NCBI GenBank assembly: GCA_051746405.1
Contig: JBNJFB010000041.1
Coordinates: forward strand, 1 to 21,283
DNA: 21,283 nucleotides
DNA from: Campylobacterota bacterium
GTDB taxonomy: Bacteria; Campylobacterota; Campylobacteria; Campylobacterales; Arcobacteraceae
Direction of reading: 5' to 3'
The translations under genes and the position numbers were made by a program. Below are positions 8,633 to 17,735 of the stretch, one piece after another. A model generated the notes under the pieces. That model searched no databases. It saw nothing but the letters and a program-made list of their open reading frames with translations, and was not told the DNA's origin. Each line of letters begins with the position of its first letter. Position 1 is the first letter of the stretch.

Positions 8633-9942
8633 TATGACACCTTTACTTTTCCAGTTACTACACTATCAATAAGGGAAGCTTTATACTCTTTGAGTTTTGC
8701 TATATAGTTTTGTTGTAGCTCTATGGCTTTATCGATTTTTGCTGTTTGGGTTTCGATATATTCTACAATTTTTGTTTGTTCAAGTTTTGGGGGAAATATA
8801 ATTGTGGCATTTTTTATCAAGTCCTGATTTAAAAGATAAGCTCCATATATATTTTTATTTGCATTTCTAATTACATACACAGGTAAAACATAATACCAAA
8901 AGTTCAAGTCAATATTATTTGCAGGATAAAAGCTTGCAATTGCTTCATTTGTATAAGTATTTTGTGTTGTAAATGCAACTTGTCCTACAGATAATTTAAA
9001 ACTATAAAGTAGTGAATCTTTTGGAATAATCTGCATGTTACATTCTCTGATGGCTTTTTTTGAAATAAAGTGACTTTTTTCAATATATCTACCAGTCATA
9101 TCTGAAATTGTAACCCAAGGTTCTTCGCCATTATAATAATCTTCAACTCCAGAAGACGGAGTTCCACCAGTTGTAAATTTTAAAGCATGTTTCAACTTTT
9201 TAACTTCCCAATGCTTCGGAATCTCTCCCAACCACTCAACACCACTATCTTTAAACTCTACGGCTTTATCTAAGCCTTTTGTTACCGCTTCATTGATAGT
9301 TATCTGACGACGCTCTTTTAGTAGCTCTATAAGCTTTTCTTTTTGGCTGATGGCTTTGTCTATTTGAGATGTTTTTTCATCAAGATATGAGGCTATTTTT
9401 GTTTGTTCTTCTTTTGGTGGTAACAATGAAATAAAATTTAAAATCTTATTTTCTGAGATAGTAGGAATTGTACTTCCAATAACTTGTTTATTAACTTGTG
9501 TTTGAATAATAGTTGATGTTAATGTGTAATAAAAAAATCTTTTTTCAATCTCTATATTTTTTAGAACTAGTAATTGAGGATTTATTGTTGCTTTTTCAGG
9601 TAAATTTTTAACCATTCCAACCTTACCAAAAGTTGAACCAGTTTTCACAATTAAAATATCATTTTCATTTATTTGAATCTCAGGTGATTCATAATACTTT
9701 TTCCAACTCAAAAAACTACATTTTTCAAACATCATTGAGTATTCAAAAATATTTGAAGGACTTATTGTAATTGCACCTTCATTTTCATCTACAAGATCAG
9801 AAGTAGTATATCCTCTAAAACCAATTCTGCCATAAGCTTTACAGTAGTTTTTCAGTTTTTCTATATTCCAATGTTCAGGAATCTCCCCCAACCACTCCAC
9901 ACCACTATCTTTATAAGAACTGTATTTTTCAAGCTTACTCAT
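8632..9942 (-). CDS. hsdS: Type I R-M specificity subunit S (436 aa; start reassigned to ATG at 9942)
   Basis: Two TRDs, each preceded by KDSGVEWLGEIPxHW and followed by PPxxEQTKI, ending LKEYKASLIDSVVTGKV. The 10053 start would overlap yhcG by about 120 nt. Confidence 0.95.
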   Translation of the reverse strand: MSKLEKYSSYKDSGVEWLGEIPEHWNIEKLKNYCKAYGRIGFRGYTTSDLVDENEGAITISPSNIFEYSMMFEKCSFLSWKKYYESPEIQINENDILIVKTGSTFGKVGMVKNLPEKATINPQLLVLKNIEIEKRFFYYTLTSTIIQTQVNKQVIGSTIPTISENKILNFISLLPPKEEQTKIASYLDEKTSQIDKAISQKEKLIELLKERRQITINEAVTKGLDKAVEFKDSGVEWLGEIPKHWEVKKLKHALKFTTGGTPSSGVEDYYNGEEPWVTISDMTGRYIEKSHFISKKAIRECNMQIIPKDSLLYSFKLSVGQVAFTTQNTYTNEAIASFYPANNIDLNFWYYVLPVYVIRNANKNIYGAYLLNQDLIKNATIIFPPKLEQTKIVEYIETQTAKIDKAIELQQNYIAKLKEYKASLIDSVVTGKVKVS

Positions 9943-10957
9943 TTTCCACCCCTTGCGTGAGTAGGTTCCGCTCTCTTTGTAACTCTCTTTGCAGCTCCTC
10001 TTCTGTAGGCAAATACGGCAAGTATTTAGAAGCAAAGAGCTGTTTGCTGTCACTTAGCACGGAGTATTTCGCCACGGCTTTAGAGTGTTCGCTACAGAGT
10101 ATCAGCCCGATGGTTGGGTTGTCGTCTTCGCTTTTGTGGTGTTGGTCATAGACCCTTACATAAGTATCCATCTGCCCCACATCTTGGTGGGTGAGTTTGC
10201 CTAGTTTTAGGTCTATGAGCAAAAAGCATTTGAGCTTGAAGTTGTAAAAAACAAGGTCTATATAAAAGTCCTGCTCCTCTACACTAAGCCTCTGCTGTCT
10301 TGACACAAAGGCAAAGCCACGACCAAGTTCAAGTAAAAAGTGTTGAAGATTGTCTATCAAAGATTGTTCTATGTCGGTTTCAAAAAGAGTTTTATCTGTT
10401 ATGTTTAAAAAATCAAAAATATATGGGTCTCGTAACATATCTTTTGCATCTAGTTGGAGAGGTTTAGTTTTTTCTTCTGCCTCTTGCTTCAATGGTAATT
10501 TTTCTTTGCTTGAGAGAAGTCGTTCATAATACAGCACACTTATTTGTCTGTCCAAAGCCCTCGCACTCCAGTTGTTGGCGATAGCTTCTTGTATATACCA
10601 CTCTCTTGCATTTGGGTTTTCGATTCGCATAAGTGTTCGGTAATGTGTCCAGCTCAATTTGGTACTCACTGCGTTCCATTTTGGAAAAGTGAGATAAAAT
10701 TGTCTCATATTTCTAAGATTTCTACTATCAAACCCTTTGCCAAACTCTTTGGTGAGCTCCTTGGAAATTTGTTTGAGTTGCTCTTTGCCATACTCAGCTC
10801 TTGTTTGTCCTTTTTGTTCATCTTCTACTATGGTTTTGCCTATCTGCCAATAGGTTTGCACCATAATCGTATTGACCGACTGGACAACTTGCACTTTAGA
10901 AGCGTGAATGAGCACTTTTAGCTCTTCAACTATTTTAAGATTTGCTATTTCACCCAC
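9935..10957 (-). CDS. yhcG: YhcG / DUF1016 PD-(D/E)xK nuclease-domain protein
   Basis: YWQIGKTIVE, GKGFDSRNLRNMRQFY, LSWTHY, RDPYIFDFL, FLLELGRGFAFV, IDLVFY, LIDLK, GQMDTY, DNPTIGLILC. GTG start with AGGAG RBS. Confidence 0.93.
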   Translation of the reverse strand: MGEIANLKIVEELKVLIHASKVQVVQSVNTIMVQTYWQIGKTIVEDEQKGQTRAEYGKEQLKQISKELTKEFGKGFDSRNLRNMRQFYLTFPKWNAVSTKLSWTHYRTLMRIENPNAREWYIQEAIANNWSARALDRQISVLYYERLLSSKEKLPLKQEAEEKTKPLQLDAKDMLRDPYIFDFLNITDKTLFETDIEQSLIDNLQHFLLELGRGFAFVSRQQRLSVEEQDFYIDLVFYNFKLKCFLLIDLKLGKLTHQDVGQMDTYVRVYDQHHKSEDDNPTIGLILCSEHSKAVAKYSVLSDSKQLFASKYLPYLPTEEELQRELQRERNLLTQGVENE

Positions 10958-10958
10958 C

Positions 10959-13355
10959 CTATACTCCTAATATCTCTTTGATAAGACCCTCAGAAGCCTC
11001 TTCAAGCTCAAGTATATCTTTCGCTACTTTATCCAGAGTTCTTAGTGGTTTATGAGTATAGAAGTATTTGTTAAAGCTTATCTCATAGCCTATTTTTGTA
11101 CTGTCCAGATTTATCCACGCTTCTTCTACATGGGGTTTTACCTCTTTTAGGAAGTATTTGTGGATGTTATCTTTTAAAGGGATATTTTCACTATCTCGCA
11201 AGTCGGTGTTGCTCTCGTATTCTATGTACTCATCTTTATGTGGGACTGAAGTCCCACTTCCAGGAGGTGTGGCTTTAGCCTCACTATACTTATAGTAACC
11301 AAAGTCTGCAAGCTGCTCTTTTTGGCAACCTAAATGATCAAGCAGTTTCTCAAGTTTTTCACCACTTATTTTGGTAACTTTTTTGATAACCTTAGCTGCA
11401 TTTTCATCATACCAGCTCACAGCATTTAAAATCATATTTTTTTCAGATGCAGAGAGTTTTATTTTCTCTTTTTTCATCACTTCATCAACATCAGCTTTAA
11501 AGATGTTAAAATCGGTGTATTCATCAGTTCCTATTGCATTTTTTAAAACATTTGCAGTATCTTCTAACATTTTATGCTTAGTCCATAAAGTTTGAGTTGT
11601 TAGAGCTTTTTTATTTTTAGTAGTTAAACTAATATCCTCTTTATCAAGGTACTCTTCTATAGTTTTTTTGTGTTTACTTATGTCTATGTAGCACTCATCA
11701 CCAAACTCTTGCAAACACCATCTCATAGGCTCTTCCAAAGTTTTATCAAACCTTAGTGTTTCTATCAGCTCATCTCTAAATTGTGCTTTTAATCTCTTTG
11801 GTCGTTCAATATTTACTTTGTAGTACCCAAAGTCGCTATTGTCAAAGATCTTAGAGACAATTTTTCTGCCGTCCACTTCATCATCACAATTTTCAAATTT
11901 TGCATAAACTTCCATAATTTTTGAGATATGTTTAGCTTCAAGTTCGCAGTTTTTATCCCCTAGGTTTTTTCTAAGTTTACTATAGAGGTCATTTGCATCT
12001 ATAAGCTGTACTTTGCCTCTTCTATGCTCAGCTTTATTGTTTGAAAGCAGCCATATGTAAGTCGTGATACCTGTATTATAAAAAAGGTTATTTGGTAGCT
12101 GGATAATGGCATCTAACAAGTCATTTTCGATGATATAGCGTCTTATGTTGCTCTCTCCACTGCCTGCATCACCAGTAAAAAGTGAGCTACCATTGTGAAC
12201 AGAAGCTATACGGCTTCCTATGGCACTTGAAGATATCGGTTTCATCTTGTTTGCCATCTCCATTAAAAACAGTAGCTGCCCGTCACTGCTTCTTGGAGTA
12301 GCATCACATTCACTTGTCTCTCCCCAGTAGTCTTTAAGTCTTACTATAAAACGAGGATCGATAATCTCTTTGCCGTCTTTGATATATTTTTGATCACTTG
12401 ACCATGATTTTCCATAAGGGGGATTTGAGAGCATAAAGTCAAACTTTACATGACTAAAATCATCAACTGCAAGGGTTGAGCCGTTTTTGATGTTTTCAGG
12501 GTTGTTACCTTTGATCATCATATCTGATTTACAGATGGCATAAGTTTCGTCATTTATCTCTTTTCCATAAAGATATACATCTCCCATAGCTTTAATCTTA
12601 CCCTCTACATCTTTTATAAAATTTTGAGACTCTGTAAGCATACCACCACTTCCACATGCTGGATCGTAGATAGTTATAACTGGTGGAAGATTGTCTTTTA
12701 ATGGATCAAAAACAATGTGTGTCATAAGATCTATTACTTCTCTAGGTGTAAAGTGTTCTCCCGCTTCTTCGTTGTTATCTTCATTAAACTTTCGTATAAG
12801 CTCCTCAAACACATACCCCATACCAAGATTTGTAAGGGATGGAAGTTTTTTACCATCTGGATCAAGTGCTTCTTTGTCGGTTAGGTTTATGTATGGTGAA
12901 GTGAACTTCTCTAAAACATTAAGAAGGACATCTTTTGAAGCCATATGTTTTATTTGTGTTTTAAGATTAAATTTTTCTACGATTTCAAGTACATTTGGAC
13001 TAAAACCATTTAGATACTCTGTAAAATTTGCTTCTAATATTTGAGATGAATTTGTTGCTGTGTTATATAATTTTTGAAGTGTCCATTTACTTGTGTTGTA
13101 AAATACATATCCGCTGGCATCTTTTAGTCCCATATCCATATCTAATATATCAGTTACACCTAAATCTTCTGTTTGAAATCTAAGTTCTTCAAGCACCACT
13201 TCTTTTGTAGGCTCTAAAAGTGCATCAAGTCTTCTTAGCACCACCATAGGGAGAATAACATCTCTATATTTACCTCTAACATAAACATCTCTTAGACAAT
13301 CATCTGCGATTGACCATATAAAACTTACTAATTTGTTATGTACTGCCTGATTCAT
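10959..13355 (-). CDS. hsdM: Type I R-M methyltransferase subunit M
   Basis: FIWSIADDCLRD N-terminus, GEHFTPREVI, SAM-binding YDPACGSGG, catalytic NPPY, FYNTGI, GYEISFNKYFY. Confidence 0.97.
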   Translation of the reverse strand: MNQAVHNKLVSFIWSIADDCLRDVYVRGKYRDVILPMVVLRRLDALLEPTKEVVLEELRFQTEDLGVTDILDMDMGLKDASGYVFYNTSKWTLQKLYNTATNSSQILEANFTEYLNGFSPNVLEIVEKFNLKTQIKHMASKDVLLNVLEKFTSPYINLTDKEALDPDGKKLPSLTNLGMGYVFEELIRKFNEDNNEEAGEHFTPREVIDLMTHIVFDPLKDNLPPVITIYDPACGSGGMLTESQNFIKDVEGKIKAMGDVYLYGKEINDETYAICKSDMMIKGNNPENIKNGSTLAVDDFSHVKFDFMLSNPPYGKSWSSDQKYIKDGKEIIDPRFIVRLKDYWGETSECDATPRSSDGQLLFLMEMANKMKPISSSAIGSRIASVHNGSSLFTGDAGSGESNIRRYIIENDLLDAIIQLPNNLFYNTGITTYIWLLSNNKAEHRRGKVQLIDANDLYSKLRKNLGDKNCELEAKHISKIMEVYAKFENCDDEVDGRKIVSKIFDNSDFGYYKVNIERPKRLKAQFRDELIETLRFDKTLEEPMRWCLQEFGDECYIDISKHKKTIEEYLDKEDISLTTKNKKALTTQTLWTKHKMLEDTANVLKNAIGTDEYTDFNIFKADVDEVMKKEKIKLSASEKNMILNAVSWYDENAAKVIKKVTKISGEKLEKLLDHLGCQKEQLADFGYYKYSEAKATPPGSGTSVPHKDEYIEYESNTDLRDSENIPLKDNIHKYFLKEVKPHVEEAWINLDSTKIGYEISFNKYFYTHKPLRTLDKVAKDILELEEASEGLIKEILGV
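11240..11284. repeat. REP-like palindromic doublet (45 bp) inserted in frame in hsdM
   Basis: GTGGGACTGAAGTCCCACTTCC-A-GGAGGTGTGGCTTTAGCCTCAC: two internally palindromic 22-mers, 16/22 identical in inverted orientation, GC-rich in an AT-rich gene. Confidence 0.7.
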
Positions 13356-15104
13356 CTATTTGTCTCCTAAAAACTGACTGTGAATTGATTGAATATCTGT
13401 ATGAATTTTATCTATTTCATTATACATTTTTATCTCACTATTGAAGTTTAAAACCGTTTGTTTTTCTTGCTCTTTTGTTAAAATGGGAACACCTAGTTTT
13501 TTTATCTCTGCTGTTGCTATTTGGGGCATAGCTACGCCTGACTGTAAAGTTGAAAGTATCGTTTGCCCTAAAGTAGATTTTAAAAACATATATAAAGCTA
13601 TTGCTTTATTTTTTTTATCGCTATCTTTTAGCCTTATAACCTGTACTGCTTGAGAAGCAATGATTGTTCTGGTAGTTTCACCAACAATAGCTACTTTTCC
13701 AATAGTTCCTTTTGTACTTAGTAATAAATCGTAATGCTCTAATTTATAGGTTTGAAGTCTTTTGTCCTGTGAACCAATTTGTTTGATTTTCCCACACTCT
13801 AAAAGAAATCCAGCTTTATTAAAGTCTGATGGCGTTACTTCATATACTTCTTTGCCTTCACCTTCATCTTTAAATTGTTGTGATCTTCTAATATCTGCTA
13901 TATCTTCTAACTTAACCAACACAAAATTATTTAGCTGTTTTTGTGCATATTTAATCTCTTTTGAAATTATATATCTATCAATGGCAAACGAGTAATTGTT
14001 ATTTACTATCTCATTTGTATTTACAAGTCTTGAAATATTTTCTAACTCTTCTTTATTTTCATAAATTGATACTATCTTATCAACACCATTAAGTGTGAGT
14101 CTTCTTCCAATCCTATGTATAAAGCTTTCATGTTTTAAATTTAAGAAGTAAACATTTTTATCTTTTTTATGCTTGTTGATAATGATAAATGTAGTTTCTA
14201 TTGAAGTTGCATTATGTAAATTTGGTGGTAATTGTATTACGGCTTCTAAAAGATTGTTTTCAATAAGGTATTTTCTAAACTCTTCATCTTGGTTACCTCT
14301 ATAAGTTAATCCTACAGGCATCAAAACAACTGCTTTTCCACTACATTGAGCTAAGATATGTTCAAAATGTGCTACATCTTGATTTGATTTAATTTTATGA
14401 AATTTAAACCTATTAAACTTATCTGTATGTAAAAACTCATTGTTTGTAGATAACCCCATAGGAGGAAAAGATAAAACACAATCAAACTGTTTTAGTAAGT
14501 GTGGAGCACCTGGATTTGTATAAGTTGGGTTTTCTAATGGGTCTGTAAAATTAAAATCTATAGATACATCATCTATTATCTTCATAAGTTTGATGATAAA
14601 TTCATCTGCAAAAGACTCTGCAAATATCTTTTTATTTGTGTAATATGCTATATTGTAACCATTACTAAAAGGTGAGTATATATCATTACATTTACCATTT
14701 AATAACTTTACTCCAAAATCTGCTATTTGATTGGCAACTGAAAAATCCATATATCCATCAAACATAGAATAAAAAACATCAAAAACATTTGGTACAGCCA
14801 ACTCTTCGTTAGCTATACTAAAAAGTTTGATTAATTGGTCGTTTTCTAATTTCTCAAGTCTAATGTTTTGATTTAAAAATAGTTCGAATAGTTTTATAGA
14901 TTTTGATAAAGCTTTTATAACAGATTGAAATCTCTTTGTATCTATCTTTTGATTATAAAAGTATTCAAAAGTAAGTTCTTCTTTTTCTATCTGTGAAGAT
15001 AGCTTTTTCCAAGCCACTAAAAGATAGATAAGCTTTGCAAACTGTTCTACTTTTAGCCCACCTTTTAGCTCTCTAAGTAAAAGGTTAAATTGTTTATCAT
15101 CCAT
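13356..15104 (-). CDS. N6-methyltransferase-like domain (degenerate motifs) fused to a C-terminal HsdS-like TRD
   Basis: FDCVLSFPPMG replaces NPP[FY], and YSPFSNG replaces the DPAxGxG motif. It retains RKYLIENNLLEAVIQLPPNL and NNYSFAIDRYI. The C-terminus is TRD-like (DLLLSTKGTIGKVAIV...YMFLKS...IKKLGVPIL). The stop abuts the hsdM start. Confidence 0.8.
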   Translation of the reverse strand: MDDKQFNLLLRELKGGLKVEQFAKLIYLLVAWKKLSSQIEKEELTFEYFYNQKIDTKRFQSVIKALSKSIKLFELFLNQNIRLEKLENDQLIKLFSIANEELAVPNVFDVFYSMFDGYMDFSVANQIADFGVKLLNGKCNDIYSPFSNGYNIAYYTNKKIFAESFADEFIIKLMKIIDDVSIDFNFTDPLENPTYTNPGAPHLLKQFDCVLSFPPMGLSTNNEFLHTDKFNRFKFHKIKSNQDVAHFEHILAQCSGKAVVLMPVGLTYRGNQDEEFRKYLIENNLLEAVIQLPPNLHNATSIETTFIIINKHKKDKNVYFLNLKHESFIHRIGRRLTLNGVDKIVSIYENKEELENISRLVNTNEIVNNNYSFAIDRYIISKEIKYAQKQLNNFVLVKLEDIADIRRSQQFKDEGEGKEVYEVTPSDFNKAGFLLECGKIKQIGSQDKRLQTYKLEHYDLLLSTKGTIGKVAIVGETTRTIIASQAVQVIRLKDSDKKNKAIALYMFLKSTLGQTILSTLQSGVAMPQIATAEIKKLGVPILTKEQEKQTVLNFNSEIKMYNEIDKIHTDIQSIHSQFLGDK

Positions 15105-15176
15105 GTATCACTCCAATATTAATATACTAACATATACAAACTAAAAATTAGTACAGTCTTTACTAGTTATGCTGGA

Positions 15177-15205
15177 ATTTTACCATTAATTCTAAGCTTT
15201 GTCAA
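15177..15205 (-). promoter_or_regulatory. Sigma70 promoter for the R-M operon
   Basis: Minus strand TTGACA-N17-TAAAAT with extended -10 TG. GGAG RBS before the ATG at 15104. Confidence 0.75.
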
Positions 15206-15220
15206 GTAGTCTAATATTTA

Positions 15221-16111
15221 CTAATTAATATAACTTAGATATTCTTTCAACACATTATCCAACTTCTCTTTTAAATATTGTGGCTTAACAATCTTAATAT
15301 AAGGTATCCAATACTTAACAAACTTTAATATCTCATCATCATAAGATACCTTTGTAGAAATGAGAAAATAATTTTCATTTTGGTCTATAAATTTTTGATT
15401 GGGTAACATCTCTTTTCTAGTAAAATATTCTTTAGCCGTATTGTCAATTTGAAGTGTTACTTCAATAAGTTCATCACTTGTAAACCAGTTAAGTGTATTG
15501 TTTTCAATCTGTGTTAAAAACTCTTTTTTAGGTATAAATGTTGTAGCATCATCTTCACCTTTAAACTCTTCTATCTTTGAAAAAGTAAAAGTTTTTAGTT
15601 TATTGTCTTCATCTGCTAATAAATACCAAATACCATGATTGTTTATAAGTTTGTAGGGGTTTACAGTCCTATGTTTACTTTTATAGTTAAACTGTACTGG
15701 ACTATTTTTTACAATAGCTGCACTTATAAGTTCAAAGTTTTCTTTGTTGTTACTTATATCTTCAAAACCTTGATTCTTTATAAGGTAAGCACTATTTATT
15801 TTCTCATTTAAAATATCTGTAATAAACTTATTTGATAGTGATGGATATAAGTTTTTTATACCACTTAAAGTAGCAAAGCTTTTTATATCTTCAAAGCTTA
15901 GTTTTCCAAGAGCATATCTCTTCATACTATAGTAGTCAAGATCTTTTTGTATAGGAATGTAAGAGAGTCGCTCGTTAATGTCTCTTTGAATAGTTCTAGC
16001 ATTTACATTAAACTCTTGTGCTAACTCTTTTACTGTGAAACTTTCACCATTATTAAGTTTTGTTAAAATCAAAGATAATCTTTGAGCTAGTGTATCGTGT
16101 GATTTTGTCAT
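15221..16111 (-). CDS. WYL-domain transcriptional regulator (wHTH-WYL-WCX)
   Basis: HTH ELAQEFNVNARTIQRD; WYL domain FNYK...RTVNPYKL...GIWYLLA...KTFTFSKI; WCX-like C-terminus IKIVKPQYLKE. Confidence 0.93.
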   Translation of the reverse strand: MTKSHDTLAQRLSLILTKLNNGESFTVKELAQEFNVNARTIQRDINERLSYIPIQKDLDYYSMKRYALGKLSFEDIKSFATLSGIKNLYPSLSNKFITDILNEKINSAYLIKNQGFEDISNNKENFELISAAIVKNSPVQFNYKSKHRTVNPYKLINNHGIWYLLADEDNKLKTFTFSKIEEFKGEDDATTFIPKKEFLTQIENNTLNWFTSDELIEVTLQIDNTAKEYFTRKEMLPNQKFIDQNENYFLISTKVSYDDEILKFVKYWIPYIKIVKPQYLKEKLDNVLKEYLSYIN

Positions 16112-16223
16112 AAACTATATCTGCTTTCTTATAAACTGTATCCATTTTGATTGGTTTTTATTGTACTTTATGTAGAAAACAAGTAAAAAATATTATTGTT
16201 TTCAAAACAATTAGTACATTTAG

Positions 16224-17735
16224 TTATTTTAACATTCTTTTTAAATCATTATTGATATATTCATCAACTGCATCAGCATCAATATGTCCACTATTATACC
16301 AAGCATACACTTCTTTTAATGCAAGTTGCCCAAATCTAGTCCAGGCTATTAAATTTGTTCTTGATAAAAAAGCAACCATATCAGCACCTGAACCAGAACG
16401 GATATATGCGTCTGCTCCATCTATTAAACATAAGACACCATGACCTACCAATAACATACTTCTTACTTCAGGAACACTATCTTTAGGAATACAATCTTTC
16501 CAATCTTTTTGATGGTAAAATCTTAATTTCATAGTATACATAAATCTAATAAGTAGCTCATTTATTAAAACAGGAACAGCCATAGCCATTGCATGTCTTG
16601 CATCGTAACCTTCTTCAAAAACTTTTGTTGTTATTGTTGCAAAGCTTTGTTTATGTTGTCCAAATTCACCAATATTAATCATTTGAAAAAGATTGTAAAA
16701 AGGTATTGGAACTCCTGTTCCTCTTCCGCCTTGTCCTACAGTTCCAGATGATCCTGTCCAGTCTGACATAATATGACCAAACCAATTGGCAACACCACAA
16801 AATATTTTAGCAATAAAATTATGTCCTTGTAATTCAAATTCTTCTGTTTCAATAGTTATAATTTGACCATTACTTATAAAAGATGAAGTATTTGTAAATT
16901 GGTTCAGTACCGAAAAAAATAATCCTATAATATCAGGAGAGTGTCCTAATCCTTTTAAGTGGTGGTTTTTTAAAGATAAGTTTTTAACTGTTTCACCTGT
17001 GGCATGAGTTGTAGCATGATCATAGTTTATTTTGAATTTCTTTTCTAAAAACCCAATTGCACTTGCCGTTGTGTTACTACCTTTCTCAATTGCTTTATCT
17101 TTATCCCATCCTAAGAATCCTGCAAAATTTTCTGTAATTATATTTGCTTGTTCATCTGCTATATCACCAAGTTTACTATCTCCAGGAGCACCAACAAATA
17201 AAACATCTATTAATCCTGTTATTACTCCACATGTTCCTGCAATCATATAGTCATATTTATCACATTGTGCATTTTTTAAAGCAAATTCGTCTTTAATTTT
17301 CTTTTGAAGGTTTACTTGTTGAGATTTTGTCATTAATGATTTAAAAGGATCTTCTATCAAATCAAGATTATGCTTAAAACTATATTCTTCTATAGAATTT
17401 AAATACTCTTCCCAAGACATATTGTTATCAATCTTAATATTATCTATTTGCTCAATAACTGTTAGATCTTTTTTTTCTTTTTTTGACATTTGCGATAAAA
17501 TAGCATCAATTTCATTTTTACTATCTATATATTCAGTTTCCGACAGATTAAATACTTTATTATTGTATTCATCATTATTTATATAGTTTTGATTATTCTC
17601 TTTTACAGCATCAGCACTTCTTGACATTTGAGATAAAATAGCATCAACTTCAGATAATTTATTTATTGAATTATTTAACTGATGTTTTTGTACTCTTAAT
17701 GTATTTGCTTCATCTTTTAGATAGTCTTTTTTCAT
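16224..17735 (-). CDS. Hypothetical, probably membrane-associated protein; partner of the TerB-like protein
   Basis: 503 aa with an N-terminal coiled-coil-like region, hydrophobic Gly-rich segments, and HHLKGLGHSPD and WFGHIMSD motifs. ATGA overlap with the upstream gene. Confidence 0.75.
   Translation of the reverse strand: MKKDYLKDEANTLRVQKHQLNNSINKLSEVDAILSQMSRSADAVKENNQNYINNDEYNNKVFNLSETEYIDSKNEIDAILSQMSKKEKKDLTVIEQIDNIKIDNNMSWEEYLNSIEEYSFKHNLDLIEDPFKSLMTKSQQVNLQKKIKDEFALKNAQCDKYDYMIAGTCGVITGLIDVLFVGAPGDSKLGDIADEQANIITENFAGFLGWDKDKAIEKGSNTTASAIGFLEKKFKINYDHATTHATGETVKNLSLKNHHLKGLGHSPDIIGLFFSVLNQFTNTSSFISNGQIITIETEEFELQGHNFIAKIFCGVANWFGHIMSDWTGSSGTVGQGGRGTGVPIPFYNLFQMINIGEFGQHKQSFATITTKVFEEGYDARHAMAMAVPVLINELLIRFMYTMKLRFYHQKDWKDCIPKDSVPEVRSMLLVGHGVLCLIDGADAYIRSGSGADMVAFLSRTNLIAWTRFGQLALKEVYAWYNSGHIDADAVDEYINNDLKRMLK

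Noticed and set aside
9208..9912. 45-bp imperfect direct repeats in hsdS (9208-9252, 9868-9912) as a phase-variation shufflon
   Set aside because: These are the normal duplicated conserved regions of HsdS. No invertase, inverted repeats or silent hsdS copy is present.
9943..10053. 37-aa N-terminal extension of HsdS from the ORF track
   Set aside because: It overlaps yhcG. The ATG at 9942 gives a typical HsdS N-terminus.
10959..15104. Two-methyltransferase (m6A/m4C) type I system
   Set aside because: The second MTase-like protein lacks an intact catalytic motif and carries a TRD, unlike those systems.
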